Assembly (NCBI GenBank): GCA_049431945.1
Contig: JBMTDJ010000003.1
Location: 494-64,493, forward strand
DNA length: 64,000 nt
Reading direction: 5' to 3'
DNA from: Candidatus Nanopelagicales bacterium
GTDB lineage: Bacteria > Actinomycetota > Actinomycetes > S36-B12
Numbering within the stretch: the first letter of the stretch is position 1; every line of letters starts with the position of its first letter. Positions 20,330-31,855 of this stretch are shown here, one piece after another. The notes beneath the pieces are model-generated. The model was not told the origin of the DNA, did no database searches, and saw only the letters and a program-made list of their open reading frames with translations. The translations under genes were made by a program, and so were the position numbers.

Positions 20330-22594
20330 TCACACGCGATAGGCGTCGAACACTCCGTCCACCTGCCGTACCGCCTTGAGGGCGGCGCCCAGGTGCTTAG
20401 GATCAGCCATCTCGAAGGTGAATCGCGATAGCGCAATGCGCTCGCGCGTGGTGGTGACGGACGCGCTGAGGATATTGACATGTTGATCCGACAGCGCCCT
20501 TGTCACGTCCGAAAGGAGCCGTGCGCGGTCCAGCGCTTCCACCTGGATGTTGACCAGGAAGACGCTCCCTGAGGAAGGCGCCCACGATACGTCCACGAAG
20601 CGCGCGCCAGCGTCCTGCTGTGCCTCCAGGCCCGGCACGTTCACGCACGAACGTCGGTGCACGGACACGCCGGAGCCCCGAGTGACGAAGCCGACGATGT
20701 CGTCGCCCGGGACAGGCGTGCAGCATCGTGCGAGTTTCACCCAGACGTCGCTGGCCCCCTTGACGAGGATGCCGGCGTCACCAGGACCCACGCTGCGGGG
20801 CCGTGCGGTGGGCGTGAAGGCTTCAGCGGCGTCATCGGCCGCCCCGTCCACACCCCCGGCAGCGGCCACCAGGCGCCGCACGATGCTCGCCGCGGAGATA
20901 CGTCCCTCCCCCACCGCTGCGTACAGCGCGGAGACGTCCTGCTGATGGAGTTCGGCCGCGATCGTCGACAGGGACTGGTTGCTCATGAGGCGCTGGAGGG
21001 GAAGTCCCTCCTTGCGCATCGCTCGCACGATCGCTTCCTTGCCCTGCTCGACCGCCTCCTCGCGACGCTCCTTGCTGAACCAGGCCTTGATCTTCGACTT
21101 CGCACGAGGGGACTTGACGAAGGTGAGCCAGTCGCGGCTCGGCCCGGCACCTTCGGCCTTGGAGGTGAATACCTCCACGACGTCACCATTGGCCAATTCC
21201 GATTCCAGGGGGACCAACTTGCCATTGACCCGCGCCCCGACACAGCGATGACCCACCTCCGTATGGACGCTGTAAGCGAAGTCCACAGAGGTGCTCCCCT
21301 GGGGCAGGGCGACCACATCGCCCTTGGGAGTGAACACGAAGACCTCTGACGAGGACAGGTCGTAGCGCAGAGAATCGAGGAACTCGTCCGGATCGGATGT
21401 CTCACGCTGCCACTCGAGCAATTGGCGCAACCAGCCGAAATCGTCCGGGCCCTGCTTTCCGCCGACGTCGCGCTGCTTGTACCGCCAGTGGGCCGCGACC
21501 CCGAACTCCGCAGCTCTGTGCATGTCCCAGGTGCGGATCTGGAGTTCGACTGGCTTGCCGCCCGGGCCGATCACCGTCGTATGGAGGGACTGATACATGT
21601 TGAACTTCGGCATGGCGATGAAGTCCTTGAATCGTCCCGGCACGGGACTCCACCGTGCGTGGACGATCCCCAGAACCGCATAGCAGTCGCGGATCGACTC
21701 CACGAGAATGCGCACGCCGACCAAGTCGTAGATATCGGTGAAGTCCCGCCCTCGCACCACCATCTTCTGGTACACGGAGTACAGGTGCTTCGGCCGGCCC
21801 GTCACGGAGGCCTTGATGCGGGCACCTTTGATGTCAGACTCGAGGCTGTCGATAACGCCAGTGAGGTACTCGTCCCGAGATGGGGCGCGCTGCGAGACCA
21901 GCCTCTCGATCTCCTCATAGACCTTCGGGTAGAGGGTGGCGAACGCGAGATCCTCGAGCTCCCACTTCATGGTGTTCATGCCGAGGCGATGGGCCAACGG
22001 CGCGTAGATCTCGAGTGTCTCCCTCGCCTTCTTCTCCTGCTTATCCGGTGGCATGAAGGACAGCGTGCGCATGTTGTGCAGCCGGTCTGCGAGCTTGATC
22101 ACCAGGACACGGATGTCCCGCGCCATGGCGACGACCATCTTGCGCACGGTCTCCGCCGCCGAGGCCTCGCCATACGTGACGCGATCGAGTTTAGTGACAC
22201 CGTCCACAAGGTCGGCGACCTCATCACCGAAGTCCTCGCGCAACTCCTCCAGGGAGTATCCCGTGTCCTCGACCGTGTCGTGAAGAAGCGCAGCAGAGAG
22301 GGTGGGTGCCGTCATCCCGAACTCGGCCAGGATCGTCGCCACCGCTACCGGGTGCGTGATGTAGGGGTCCCCAGATCTACGTCGCTGATCCCGGTGAAGA
22401 TAGGCAGCCGTCTCGTACGCGCGCTGAAGCGCTCGCACGTCCGACTTGGGGTGGTACTGCCGCAGGGTCCGGATGAGTGGTTCGATCTCGATAGGACCGC
22501 CACGCGAACCGGTGAGCCTCGCAAGGCGCGAGCGCAGGCCACTTGCGCCGGCTTCGGCCGGAGCCTCGCGCATCGCCTCCTGGGTCACCCGCAC
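20330..22594 (-). CDS. relA: Bifunctional (p)ppGpp synthetase/hydrolase RelA/SpoT homologue
   Basis: HD hydrolase (HDTVEDT), RelA/SpoT synthetase core, and TGS and ACT C-terminal domains. 754 aa. Confidence 0.96.
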   Translation of the reverse strand: MRVTQEAMREAPAEAGASGLRSRLARLTGSRGGPIEIEPLIRTLRQYHPKSDVRALQRAYETAAYLHRDQRRRSGDPYITHPVAVATILAEFGMTAPTLSAALLHDTVEDTGYSLEELREDFGDEVADLVDGVTKLDRVTYGEASAAETVRKMVVAMARDIRVLVIKLADRLHNMRTLSFMPPDKQEKKARETLEIYAPLAHRLGMNTMKWELEDLAFATLYPKVYEEIERLVSQRAPSRDEYLTGVIDSLESDIKGARIKASVTGRPKHLYSVYQKMVVRGRDFTDIYDLVGVRILVESIRDCYAVLGIVHARWSPVPGRFKDFIAMPKFNMYQSLHTTVIGPGGKPVELQIRTWDMHRAAEFGVAAHWRYKQRDVGGKQGPDDFGWLRQLLEWQRETSDPDEFLDSLRYDLSSSEVFVFTPKGDVVALPQGSTSVDFAYSVHTEVGHRCVGARVNGKLVPLESELANGDVVEVFTSKAEGAGPSRDWLTFVKSPRAKSKIKAWFSKERREEAVEQGKEAIVRAMRKEGLPLQRLMSNQSLSTIAAELHQQDVSALYAAVGEGRISAASIVRRLVAAAGGVDGAADDAAEAFTPTARPRSVGPGDAGILVKGASDVWVKLARCCTPVPGDDIVGFVTRGSGVSVHRRSCVNVPGLEAQQDAGARFVDVSWAPSSGSVFLVNIQVEALDRARLLSDVTRALSDQHVNILSASVTTTRERIALSRFTFEMADPKHLGAALKAVRQVDGVFDAYRV

Positions 22595-22642
22595 CTCCCT
22601 TTCGGTCAGTGTACGAGGCAGATGAGCAATTGAGCCGATTGG

Positions 22643-23740
22643 CTACTTCTTGCCCCGCTTGGACCGCGGCTGGCGCTTGGGTTGCTGGCGTCCAGCGCTC
22701 GTCTCCACGGCCGGCCCATCAGCGACACCGACGGCTGCCGCAGCAGCCTCCTGCGACTCCGCGGCGCGTCGACCCGATCCGCCTCGCCTTGCCGCGACGC
22801 GATTGTCGAGGGCCTTGATGTCCGGCTGGCGCATCTTGAGCACCACGGCCATCGGGGTGGCGATGAAGATCGATGAGTAGACGCCTGCGAGCATGCCGAC
22901 CGCCAGGGCCACCGCGAGATCCAGGAGGGTCCCGGCGCCCAGCAGGCCGGCCCCGACCACGATGATCGCAACGACGGGAAGAAGCGATGTGATCGACGTA
23001 TTGATGGAACGCACCAGCACCTGATTGACGGCCCGATTGGCGGCCTCGGGGTAGCTCATCACGGACTGCGCGGTGATGCCCTTCGTCTCCTCCTTGACCT
23101 TGTCGAAGACGACGACGGTGTCGTAGAGGGAGTAGCCCAGGATCGTAAGGAAGCCGATCAGCGTCGCTGGCGTCACCTGCAACCCCGTGACGGCGTAGAT
23201 GCCTACCGTGAGCAGGATGTCGTGCGCGAGCGCAATGAGCGCCGCGACAGCGAACCTCCATTCGAAGTACACCGCGAGGAAGATGGTCACGAGGACGAGG
23301 AAGACAGCGAGAGCCTGGATGCCCTTGGCCGTGATCTCGGCCCCCCACGTTGGCCCCACGACCTGCGTGGTGATGTCCGTCACGGGGACGCCACAGGCCT
23401 CGGCGAGCACCCGCGAGATGTCCTGGCTCTGGGCCGGCTCGACCGGCGGAGTCTGGACGCGAACGATCCCCGCTCCGGTCTCCGTGACGATCACATCGGC
23501 GCCAGTGGCAGCCGCTGCCGTGTCTCGCGCGTCGGGCACAGAACATGTCGCGTTGGGGACGGAGAAGACCGCTCCCCCCTGGAATTCGATGCCGAGGTTG
23601 AGTCCGCGGAAGCCGAGTGCCGCGAGGGAGATCAGGATAAGGACGCCTGAGACGATGAACCACGTGCGACGGCGGCCGACGAAGTCGATTCCGCTCTCCC
23701 CACGGTAGAGGCGGTCACCCAGCGATGATCGACGCGACAT
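22643..23740 (-). CDS. secF: Protein translocase subunit SecF
   Basis: SecD/F transmembrane repeat (YDTVVVFDKVKE), directly after secD. Confidence 0.94.
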   Translation of the reverse strand: MSRRSSLGDRLYRGESGIDFVGRRRTWFIVSGVLILISLAALGFRGLNLGIEFQGGAVFSVPNATCSVPDARDTAAAATGADVIVTETGAGIVRVQTPPVEPAQSQDISRVLAEACGVPVTDITTQVVGPTWGAEITAKGIQALAVFLVLVTIFLAVYFEWRFAVAALIALAHDILLTVGIYAVTGLQVTPATLIGFLTILGYSLYDTVVVFDKVKEETKGITAQSVMSYPEAANRAVNQVLVRSINTSITSLLPVVAIIVVGAGLLGAGTLLDLAVALAVGMLAGVYSSIFIATPMAVVLKMRQPDIKALDNRVAARRGGSGRRAAESQEAAAAAVGVADGPAVETSAGRQQPKRQPRSKRGKK

Positions 23741-25359
23741 CAGGACTCCACTCCTACGCTCGTCCGACCTTCTGAGGCCTCCTCGACCTCACCGCCGTCG
23801 CCCTTGCGCGTCGCTCTCAAGCCGCTGAGCCACGAGCCCCTCTGCATCCAGGACGCGCGGCAGAGCAGGACCGTCACGGGGTACGTGAAGAGGAAGGCGA
23901 TGAGCAGGTCGATCAGGGTGATGAGGCCCAGCGTGAACGCGAAGCCCTTCACATTGCCCACGGACACGATGTAGAGCACCACCGCCGCTAGCAGCGTGAC
24001 GAAGTCCGCGGCGAGAATCGTCCGTCGAGTCGCCACCCAGCCCACTTCGGCGGCTGAGCGCATCGTCTTCCCTTCGCGGAGGGCGTCCCTGATGCGCTCG
24101 AAGTAAATGATGAACGAGTCTGCGGTGAGACCGATGGAGACAATGGCACCTGCCACTCCCGCGAGGGTGAGGGTGAAGCCGATCGACTTGCCGAGGGCGA
24201 TGAAGCCGAGATAGGTCAGGCCGCCAGCGAGCGTCAGGCTCGCCACCGCGACGATCCCGAGCACGCGGTAGTAGACGAGCAGGAAGACGACGATGAGGAC
24301 GAAACCGATCGCACCCGCGATGAGGCCCGCTCGCAACTGGTCGCCGCCGATCGTCGGGGACACGCTGGTGACCTCGACAACCTCAAGGTTCACCGGAAGG
24401 GCGCCGTAGCTCAGGACGTTCGCCAGGTCCTGCGCTTCCTGGGCCGTGAAGTCACCTTCGATCTGCGCCTGGCCGCCGATGATGGGCTCATTGAAGCGCG
24501 GCGCCGAGACGACGACCCCGTCCAGCACGATGGCGAAGGCGTTACAGGGACTGGCACCGCCAGGGACGCAATCCGGTAGGGCGTACAGCTCCTGCGACGC
24601 CTCGGCAAGGGCGCGTGCACCGTCACTGTCGAACGTCAGGCTCACGACCCAGCCGCCGACACCCTGCTGGGGAAGTTGGGCGACCGCATCGGTGACGTTG
24701 GTGCCTTGGATGAAGGCGGGCTGAAGCGAGTACTTGGCCACGCCGTCGGCGTCACACGTGCCGAGCCAGAGTTTGGGATCATCGGGGCTTCCCCCTGCCT
24801 GATTGATGGGATCAAGGCAGTCAAGGGCAGCGACCTCGGCCTGGTACTCGGGAGTGTTGTCGGCGGCTTGGACGATGCGTGCGCTTGTGGCCGCGTCGTC
24901 CGTCGTCACGGACGCCGCAGCCGTGGTGTCGTCGACCTGCGGCGCGGGGCCCTCGATGGACCACACAGGGCGGAAGTCCAGCAGGGCGGTACGCCCGACG
25001 AGTTCGACCAGTCGCTCCTGGCTGACATCGGGAACGGACACCACGATGGCCGCACCATCGCCGGAGCCCTGCACCGTGACCTCGGCCTCAGCCACGCCCA
25101 CGCCATCGACGCGCTGGCGGATGATCTGCACGGTCTGCGCCAATTGATCATCGGTGATCGCGGCGCCCTCCTGGACAGCCTTGGGCTGCAGGATCACCTG
25201 AGTGCCACCGCGCAAGTCGAGGCCGAGGCGCACGGCATTGTCCTGGCCCGGCCACAGGGCCCAAGCGGCCACGGCGGCGGTGATGAGCGCCATGATGAGG
25301 AGCAGTCGGCCGGGATGCGTCGTGGACCCGGTCCGACTGCTGCGATTGGCAGATGGCAC
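23740..25359 (-). CDS. secD: Protein translocase subunit SecD
   Basis: LGLDLRGGT periplasmic-domain start and a C-terminal 6-TM SecD/F domain (ADSFIIYFERIRD). Confidence 0.94.
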   Translation of the reverse strand: MPSANRSSRTGSTTHPGRLLLIMALITAAVAAWALWPGQDNAVRLGLDLRGGTQVILQPKAVQEGAAITDDQLAQTVQIIRQRVDGVGVAEAEVTVQGSGDGAAIVVSVPDVSQERLVELVGRTALLDFRPVWSIEGPAPQVDDTTAAASVTTDDAATSARIVQAADNTPEYQAEVAALDCLDPINQAGGSPDDPKLWLGTCDADGVAKYSLQPAFIQGTNVTDAVAQLPQQGVGGWVVSLTFDSDGARALAEASQELYALPDCVPGGASPCNAFAIVLDGVVVSAPRFNEPIIGGQAQIEGDFTAQEAQDLANVLSYGALPVNLEVVEVTSVSPTIGGDQLRAGLIAGAIGFVLIVVFLLVYYRVLGIVAVASLTLAGGLTYLGFIALGKSIGFTLTLAGVAGAIVSIGLTADSFIIYFERIRDALREGKTMRSAAEVGWVATRRTILAADFVTLLAAVVLYIVSVGNVKGFAFTLGLITLIDLLIAFLFTYPVTVLLCRASWMQRGSWLSGLRATRKGDGGEVEEASEGRTSVGVES

Positions 25360-25402
25360 GTGACTTCCTTCTCGATGCTGACGTAGGGCTGAAGCCGGGG
25401 TG

Positions 25403-25705
25403 CTATGCGGCGCCGTCGGACGGAGGTGCGTCGTCGGGGGCGACCTCGGGCTGGATGACCTTGCCGATGGCTGCCTTTACCACGCGGATCACCACTCCGG
25501 GAGCGATCTCGAGCTCAGCATCGTCCTCGTCGATAGCGACCACGGTGCCGTAGACACCCGCCGTCGTCATCACTCGACTACCGGGGGCGATCGCCGACAT
25601 CATCTCCATCTGCTTGCGCTGGCGGTTGCGCGCGGGCCGCATGATGAGCAGATAGAACACGACGCCGATGAGAATGATCGGCAGCAGAGTCCCCAGGCTT
25701 TCCAC
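25403..25705 (-). CDS. yajC: Preprotein translocase subunit YajC
   Basis: 100 aa, a single TM helix, then PGSRVMTTAGVYGTVVAID. Its position upstream of secD fits. Confidence 0.9.
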   Translation of the reverse strand: MESLGTLLPIILIGVVFYLLIMRPARNRQRKQMEMMSAIAPGSRVMTTAGVYGTVVAIDEDDAELEIAPGVVIRVVKAAIGKVIQPEVAPDDAPPSDGAA

Positions 25706-25773
25706 CCTCGCACCCCTCGATGTTCATGGCACCCTTCCGGCGCTCCAGCCCCACGAGCCTAGCCGGAGCTGAC

Positions 25774-26853
25774 CTAAGCCTCGTCGCCGGTCGGCGCAGA
25801 GAAGCCTAGGAATCCCTGCTCAGCCCATGCCGACGCCGGCGGCTGCACTCCTAGGTGGGCGTAGGCGGCCGGTGTGGCCACTCGCCCACGCGGGGTCCTC
25901 GCGAGCAGGCCATGGCGCACCAGGAAGGGCTCCGCGACCGTCTCGACCGTCTCGGTCTCCTCACCCACGGAGACGGCGAGGGTGGACAGCCCCACAGGAC
26001 CCCCGCCGAACCGCAGCACGAGTGCCTCCAGCACGGCCCGGTCCAACCGGTCGAGGCCGAGAACGTCCACCTCATACAGATCCAGAGCGGCTCGCGAGGC
26101 CTCATGATCCACAGCGCCATCGCCGTGCACTTGGGCCCAGTCGCGCACGCGTCGGAGAAGCCGGTTGGCAATGCGCGGAGTCCCTCGGGACCGGCGCGCG
26201 ATCTCTGTGACTCCGGCGTCGTCAATGTGCACCGATAGCAGACCCGCGGATCTCTCCAGGATCGCCCGCAGATCGGACTCGTCATAGAAGTCGAGGTGAG
26301 CCGTGAAGCCGAAGCGATCTCGTAGCGGACCGGGCAGCAGTCCGACGCGGGTCGTGGCCCCGACCAGCGTGAAGGGAGCAAGACCCAGCGGCACTGCCGT
26401 GGCCCCCGGCCCCTTGCCCACGATCACATCCACGCGGAAGTCCTCCATGGCGACGTACAGCATCTCCTCGGCTGAGCGCGCCAGGCGATGGATCTCGTCG
26501 ATGAACAGCACCTCCCCCGGCTGCAGGCTGGATAGCACCGCAGCCAGATCCCCGGCGTGCTGGAGTGCCGGACCGCTCGTCAGCCTCAATGGAGCGGCCA
26601 TCTCCTCCGCGATGATCGACGCGAGAGTCGTCTTGCCCAGTCCCGGCGGCCCGGAGAGGAGCACGTGATCGGCGGCCTTCCCGCGTCCGCGCGCCGCCTG
26701 CAGCACGACATCGAGTTGGGCGCACACGCGCGACTGGCCCACGAACTCGTCGAGACGCCGTGGGCGAAGGGCGCCTTCGATGGCGCTCTCCCCCTCACCC
26801 GCTCGCGCGTCGACGAGTCGCTCGCCCTCGGCCCAGATGTCGTCAGAGTTCAT
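25774..26853 (-). CDS. ruvB: Holliday junction branch migration helicase RuvB
   Basis: [12 protein letters not shown] and Walker [15 protein letters not shown] 26853 overlaps the ruvA stop as ATGA; the longest ORF to 26958 is an Arg-rich artefact. Confidence 0.97.
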   Translation of the reverse strand: MNSDDIWAEGERLVDARAGEGESAIEGALRPRRLDEFVGQSRVCAQLDVVLQAARGRGKAADHVLLSGPPGLGKTTLASIIAEEMAAPLRLTSGPALQHAGDLAAVLSSLQPGEVLFIDEIHRLARSAEEMLYVAMEDFRVDVIVGKGPGATAVPLGLAPFTLVGATTRVGLLPGPLRDRFGFTAHLDFYDESDLRAILERSAGLLSVHIDDAGVTEIARRSRGTPRIANRLLRRVRDWAQVHGDGAVDHEASRAALDLYEVDVLGLDRLDRAVLEALVLRFGGGPVGLSTLAVSVGEETETVETVAEPFLVRHGLLARTPRGRVATPAAYAHLGVQPPASAWAEQGFLGFSAPTGDEA

Positions 26854-27428
26854 CGCCGATCCAGGAATCTCAGGGCGTCTCGGAGAAGTACCGACGTTTC
26901 TGCGGCGCCATCGGTGGCGACGGCAGCAACGGCGCGATCGGCATCCTTGGCCGACCACCCCAGGGAGACGAGAGCGGCATGGACCACCGACGTCCCACCA
27001 ACCTCACTCGCACTCGAATCCCCCGCGATCATCGGCAGTCTGTCCTTGAGTTCGATGATCATGCGCTGGGCGCCCTTCGTGCCGATCCCGGGGATCCTCG
27101 TGAGCACGGCGACATCTCCCTCGACGATCGCCGTCCTCAGCGCGGGCGGCGGCAGCGTGGTGAGGACGGCGAGTGCCGTGCGAGGGCCGATCCCCGACAC
27201 GGTCTGCACCAACTCGAAGGCATCCCGCTGATCGGTATCGGCAAAGCCGTAGAGCGTGAGCGAGTCCTCGCGCACGACGAGGCTCGTATGCAGAGAAACT
27301 GTGTCCCCTAGGCTCGCCGCAGCCGCTGTCTGAGGCGTGCAGGCGACGAGGACGCCAACTCCGCCCACCTCGACCACCAGCGACGATGGGTTGATTCCGG
27401 CCACGGCGCCGGACACCGATGCGATCAA
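26850..27428 (-). CDS. ruvA: Holliday junction DNA helicase RuvA
   Basis: MIASVSG... N-terminus and HhH motifs ([20 protein letters not shown]). Confidence 0.95.
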   Translation of the reverse strand: MIASVSGAVAGINPSSLVVEVGGVGVLVACTPQTAAAASLGDTVSLHTSLVVREDSLTLYGFADTDQRDAFELVQTVSGIGPRTALAVLTTLPPPALRTAIVEGDVAVLTRIPGIGTKGAQRMIIELKDRLPMIAGDSSASEVGGTSVVHAALVSLGWSAKDADRAVAAVATDGAAETSVLLRDALRFLDRR

Positions 27429-27937
27429 CGGATCGCCTCGACAGCGGCCTGCAGCCGTCGCTCGGCCCCACCGCGCCAGATCTCGGTGATGGCGAGTGCA
27501 AGCGCATCAGCGGCGTCGGCAGGACGAACGGGCGCATCGAGCCTGAGCAGGCGGGTCACCATGGTCGTCACCTGAGCCTTGTCGGCCCGTCCGCTGCCGG
27601 TGACCGCGGCCTTGACCTCGCTCGGTGTCCGCATGCTCAACGGTATGCCGCGGCGTCCGGCGGCCAGGACCGCCACAGCCCCAGCCTGGGCCGTCCCCAT
27701 GACCGTACGGAGGTTGTGTTGGCTGAAGACCCTCTCGACCGCGATGACCTCCGGGCGATGACGATCGACGAGTTCGGCCAAGGCCTGATCCAAGCTGGTG
27801 AGCCGCTCCGTAATGGGAGCCTGCGGGGATGTCCTGACGACCACAACATCGACGAGGGTCACAGCGCCCCCGGGACCCGCGTCGACGACGCCCACGCCGC
27901 AACGCGTCAGGCCCGGGTCGACACCCATGACGCGCAT
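27425..27937 (-). CDS. ruvC: Crossover junction endodeoxyribonuclease RuvC
   Basis: [19 protein letters not shown] and the C-terminal DAADALALA motif. Confidence 0.95.
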   Translation of the reverse strand: MRVMGVDPGLTRCGVGVVDAGPGGAVTLVDVVVVRTSPQAPITERLTSLDQALAELVDRHRPEVIAVERVFSQHNLRTVMGTAQAGAVAVLAAGRRGIPLSMRTPSEVKAAVTGSGRADKAQVTTMVTRLLRLDAPVRPADAADALALAITEIWRGGAERRLQAAVEAIR

Positions 27938-27985
27938 GGGCGCCTCCTCACGTCCTCGCCAGCCGTACGAACACCTGTGCGAAGA

Positions 27986-29464
27986 CTACTGGCGTCCAGC
28001 GCCCTCCTCGCGGATCGCGCGGGCCTTCGGCGTGCCGTCGCCGGGGCCGGCCTCGCGCAGCGGGTCGGCTGGGCCGACCGGGCCACCCGTGACCGTCTCG
28101 AAGCCCGATCGCAGGTCGCTCACGAAGTCCGCGAGGTCGGGGATCGCCCGGTCATCGGTCGAAATACCTACGAAGGCAGAGCCGTCGTAGGTGACCATCG
28201 TGACGTTGGCGGCAGCCCCGATCGTCGCCACGAGCGGATACATCCCCACGATGCGCGCGCCTGCGACGTAGAGCGGCAACGGAGGACCAGGCACGTTGCT
28301 CGTGGTGACGTCGCTGGCCAGGGCCGCCTGGGCCAGCACCGGGACGGGCACGAGCCAGCTGATCTCCGCGAGGGGGTCCGCGAACCGGAGTGCTGGCTCA
28401 TCCCGCCACCGAGCAACGGCCTCATGTGCGGCATCCATGCGCTCGTCGACGGTGAGGCCGGCCACCGGAAGGTCGATGCGCGCGATGGTCACCGCATTGG
28501 CAGCCTGAGCAGACGTGTCCCCGGCGTCGCCCCGGAGGCTGATGGGAACGTTGAAGCGCAGGTCATCGGCAACCTTCCCGTGCCGGACGTGGTAACGCTC
28601 GAGACCAAGCCCCACAGCGGCCATGAAGGCGTCATTGACGCTGAAACCGCGCTCCTTCGCAGCCCCGCGCATCTGCGCGAAGGGCAGGTCGAAGCCCGCG
28701 AAGTGATAGGTCGTTCCGCGTTCTGTCATGAGCGGCGACATGGGGCCATCGGGCACAGCCGTGAATCGGCCCACAGAGGCGAGGGTCTCGAGGACCGATG
28801 ACCAGGTCCGAACCGGATCCGTAAGGGAACCCCGGGCGAGGGCAAACATGGCTTCCCCAATCCGCTCCGCTGCGCCCACACCGCGCCGGATGTTGTCGAC
28901 GATGTCCGCCATGCTCACGTCCTGTGCGCCCGCTGACACGGGATCGGGCGCCGCCGGCGCCTCAGGCTCGTCGACGTTGGGAGCCGCGCTCAGCTCGACG
29001 AGGTTGAGTCCGATGAGCACCGTGGCCTGTCCGTCGGCGATGGCGTGGTGCAGTTTGAGCAAGATGGCAGCCCGGTCGCCCTCGATTCCCTCGACGAGCA
29101 CGATCTCCCACAGCGGTCGGTCACGATCGAAGTCGGTGAGGCTGATGCGCCGTGCCTCCTGGAGGAGTTCATGCCAGGAGCCGTCCCCGGCCAGCCTCAT
29201 GCGTCGCAGGTGGAGGCCCAGGTCGAAATCCGGGTCCGCTGCAAGGCGCGGCGATGCCACGCCGAAGACTCCGCGCAGCGGCCGTTGCCGAAGGACGGGC
29301 ACCATGCGCGTCAGCCGCTCCACGCGTGCGCGCAGGCGATCCCAGTCAGGTGCACTGTCGAGCATGACGAGGGCAACGACCGTGGAGCGCAGGTGCGGAC
29401 TTCCGGCGGATGTTCGCCACGTGGCCGCGTCCCACCCCGTCAGTTGCCGTCCGGCTTCCGCCAT
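27986..29464 (-). CDS. Wax ester synthase / diacylglycerol acyltransferase (WS/DGAT) family
   Basis: Catalytic HHxxxDG motif (KLHHAIADGQ), ~490 aa, and the C-terminal NVPGP motif. Confidence 0.85.
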   Translation of the reverse strand: MAEAGRQLTGWDAATWRTSAGSPHLRSTVVALVMLDSAPDWDRLRARVERLTRMVPVLRQRPLRGVFGVASPRLAADPDFDLGLHLRRMRLAGDGSWHELLQEARRISLTDFDRDRPLWEIVLVEGIEGDRAAILLKLHHAIADGQATVLIGLNLVELSAAPNVDEPEAPAAPDPVSAGAQDVSMADIVDNIRRGVGAAERIGEAMFALARGSLTDPVRTWSSVLETLASVGRFTAVPDGPMSPLMTERGTTYHFAGFDLPFAQMRGAAKERGFSVNDAFMAAVGLGLERYHVRHGKVADDLRFNVPISLRGDAGDTSAQAANAVTIARIDLPVAGLTVDERMDAAHEAVARWRDEPALRFADPLAEISWLVPVPVLAQAALASDVTTSNVPGPPLPLYVAGARIVGMYPLVATIGAAANVTMVTYDGSAFVGISTDDRAIPDLADFVSDLRSGFETVTGGPVGPADPLREAGPGDGTPKARAIREEGAGRQ

Positions 29465-29491
29465 GACGTCTCCCCTCGTCTGTGCCCGGCT

Positions 29492-30247
29492 TCACGCATC
29501 GAGGCTGGCGAGCACCTCGTCGCTGACGTCTACGTTGGTGTAGACGTTCTGGACGTCGTCGCTGTCTTCGAGCGCCTCCACGAGACGAAAGACCTTGCGC
29601 GCAATATCGGCGTCCACCGGGACGGACATGCTCGGCACGAACGTGGCTTCCGCAGAGTCGTAGTCGATACCGGCCGACTGCAACGCGGTACGCACCGCAA
29701 CAACATCGCCCGCTTCGCTCAGCACCTCGAAGGTCCCGTCGAGGTCGTTCACCTCTTCCGCGCCCGCCTCTAATACGGCACTGAGGATCGCGTCCTCGTC
29801 CACGCCGTCGGCGCTCGGGACAAGCACGACCCCCTTGCGACTGAACAGGTAGGAGACGGAGCCTGGGTCTGCCATGTTGCCGCCGTTGCGGGTCATGGCC
29901 ACGCGAACCTCGGACGCAGCGCGGTTGCGATTGTCCGTGAGGCACTCCACGAGAACAGCAACGCCACTCGGTCCATAGCCCTCGTACATGATCGTCTGGT
30001 AATCGGCACCACCCGCCTCGGCACCCGAGCCGCGCTTAACGGCGCGCTCAATGTTGTCGAGGGGTACCGAACTCTTCCGTGCCTTTTGGATCGCGTCGTA
30101 GAGCGTCGGGTTGCCAGCGGGGTCCCCGCCACCCTGGCGCGCGGCCACCTCGATGTTCTTGATGAGTCGCGCGAAGAGCTTCCCGCGCCGCGCATCCACC
30201 ACGGCCTTCTTGTGCTTGGTGGTGGCCCACTTGGAGTGGCCGCTCAT
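29492..30247 (-). CDS. yebC: YebC/PmpR-family transcriptional regulator
   Basis: [28 protein letters not shown] is the signature N-terminus. Confidence 0.95.
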   Translation of the reverse strand: MSGHSKWATTKHKKAVVDARRGKLFARLIKNIEVAARQGGGDPAGNPTLYDAIQKARKSSVPLDNIERAVKRGSGAEAGGADYQTIMYEGYGPSGVAVLVECLTDNRNRAASEVRVAMTRNGGNMADPGSVSYLFSRKGVVLVPSADGVDEDAILSAVLEAGAEEVNDLDGTFEVLSEAGDVVAVRTALQSAGIDYDSAEATFVPSMSVPVDADIARKVFRLVEALEDSDDVQNVYTNVDVSDEVLASLDA

Positions 30248-30852
30248 GCGTACTGCCTCGCAATCTGGATGAATAATTCATGGAAGCGCCGGTCGCCGGT
30301 GAGCTCTGGGTGAAACGACGTGGCGACCAGCGGTCCCTGCCTCACAGCAACGATGGTATCCACACCCTGCGGTGTGGTCACCCGGGCAAGCTCCTGCACT
30401 CCCGGCCCGACAGATTCGACCCAGGGCGCACGAATGAAGACCGCGGGGAACGGCTCGCCGAGCCCGGCCACGTCGATCACTGTCTCGAAGGAGTCGACCT
30501 GGCGGCCGAAGGCATTGCGCCGCACGACCATGTCGATGCCGCCGATCGCCTGCTGATCGGAGCGGGCATCGAGGATGTCGTCGGCCAGCATGATCATTCC
30601 TGCACACGAGCCGTACATCGGCATTCCAGCAGCACGTGCCTCTCGCAGAGGATCCAGCAATCCGTCGCGTGACGCGAGCATCGACATCGTGGTCGACTCA
30701 CCGCCTGGGATGATGAGCGCATCGACATCGCCCAGCGAATCCAGGCTCCCCACGCTCACCGCGCTGACGTCGCACGCCACCAGTGCGCGCAGGTGCTCGA
30801 CAACGTCGCCCTGGATCGCGAGTACGCCGATGCGGGGTGTCGCGCGCGTCAC
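30244..30852 (-). CDS. pdxT: Pyridoxal 5'-phosphate synthase glutaminase subunit PdxT
   Basis: [12 protein letters not shown], catalytic GSCAGMIML and FHPE. Overlaps pdxS. Confidence 0.95.
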   Translation of the reverse strand: MTRATPRIGVLAIQGDVVEHLRALVACDVSAVSVGSLDSLGDVDALIIPGGESTTMSMLASRDGLLDPLREARAAGMPMYGSCAGMIMLADDILDARSDQQAIGGIDMVVRRNAFGRQVDSFETVIDVAGLGEPFPAVFIRAPWVESVGPGVQELARVTTPQGVDTIVAVRQGPLVATSFHPELTGDRRFHELFIQIARQYA

Positions 30853-31748
30853 CAGCCCCGGTCTTCGAGGCGATGGTGCACGGGGATGTCGGCGACGTTG
30901 ATGCCGACCATCGCGTCCCCAAGCCCACGCGACACCTTGGCAACGACATCGGGGTTGTCGAAGTGGCGAGTGGCCTGGACGATCGCCTCGGCCCGCTTCA
31001 CCGGGTCTCCGGACTTGAAGATGCCCGAGCCCACGAACACGCCCTGGGCACCCAACTGCATCATCATCGCCGCATCCGCAGGCGTTGCGATGCCTCCCGC
31101 GGTGAACAAGACGACCGGCAGGGAGCCTGCCCTGGCAACCTCGACAACGAGATCGTAGGGGGCCTGAAGCTCCTTGGCAGCCACGAAGAGCTCGTCCTCA
31201 GGCATCGACACCAGGCGGCGGATCTCGTCGCGGATACGGCGCATGTGCGTGACTGCGTTGGACACGTCACCGGTGCCGGCCTCGCCCTTGGAGCGAATCA
31301 TGGCCGCCCCTTCGGTGATGCGACGAAGCGCTTCGCCGAGGTTCGTCGCACCGCAAACGAAGGGGACCGTGAATTGCCACTTGTCGATGTGATTGGAGTA
31401 GTCGGCCGGAGTGAGCACCTCGGACTCGTCGATGTAGTCCACGCCCAGCGACTGAAGCACCTGCGCCTCGGCGAAGTGGCCGATGCGAGCCTTCGCCATC
31501 ACGGGGATCGTGACGGATTCAACGATGCCGGTGATCATGTCGGGATCCGACATGCGTGCCACCCCGCCCTGGGCCCTGATGTCCGCGGGCACGCGCTCGA
31601 GCGCCATCACGGCAACTGCGCCGGCATCCTCGGCGATCTTGGCCTGCTCTGGCGTGACGACATCCATGATCACGCCGCCCTTGAGCATCTCCGCCATGCC
31701 GCGCTTGACGCGCGTCGTGCCGGTGACGTGACTGGGGGAATCGGACAC
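30849..31748 (-). CDS. pdxS: Pyridoxal 5'-phosphate synthase lyase subunit PdxS
   Basis: [36 protein letters not shown] is highly conserved PdxS. Confidence 0.97.
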   Translation of the reverse strand: MSDSPSHVTGTTRVKRGMAEMLKGGVIMDVVTPEQAKIAEDAGAVAVMALERVPADIRAQGGVARMSDPDMITGIVESVTIPVMAKARIGHFAEAQVLQSLGVDYIDESEVLTPADYSNHIDKWQFTVPFVCGATNLGEALRRITEGAAMIRSKGEAGTGDVSNAVTHMRRIRDEIRRLVSMPEDELFVAAKELQAPYDLVVEVARAGSLPVVLFTAGGIATPADAAMMMQLGAQGVFVGSGIFKSGDPVKRAEAIVQATRHFDNPDVVAKVSRGLGDAMVGINVADIPVHHRLEDRGW

Positions 31749-31855
31749 GGTGACCTCTCAGGACTTCGGGGCAGCGATCCTCGCAGCCTGCGCCCATGGT
31801 AGTAGGGCGTCCAGGCGGGCCAAGCCGCCCCTGTCGGGCAGGCTCGCGCTGTCCA

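Noticed and set aside
465-28801. Very long antisense or out-of-frame ORFs inside core genes, e.g. 465..1490, 2968..4296, 8790..9962, 9975..11522, 12251..13432, 15771..17093, 21422..22633 and 27419..28801
   Set aside because: These are typical high-GC shadow ORFs. They are rich in Arg, Gly, Pro and His and contain no recognisable motifs. Each fully overlaps a strongly supported housekeeping gene on the other strand or frame.
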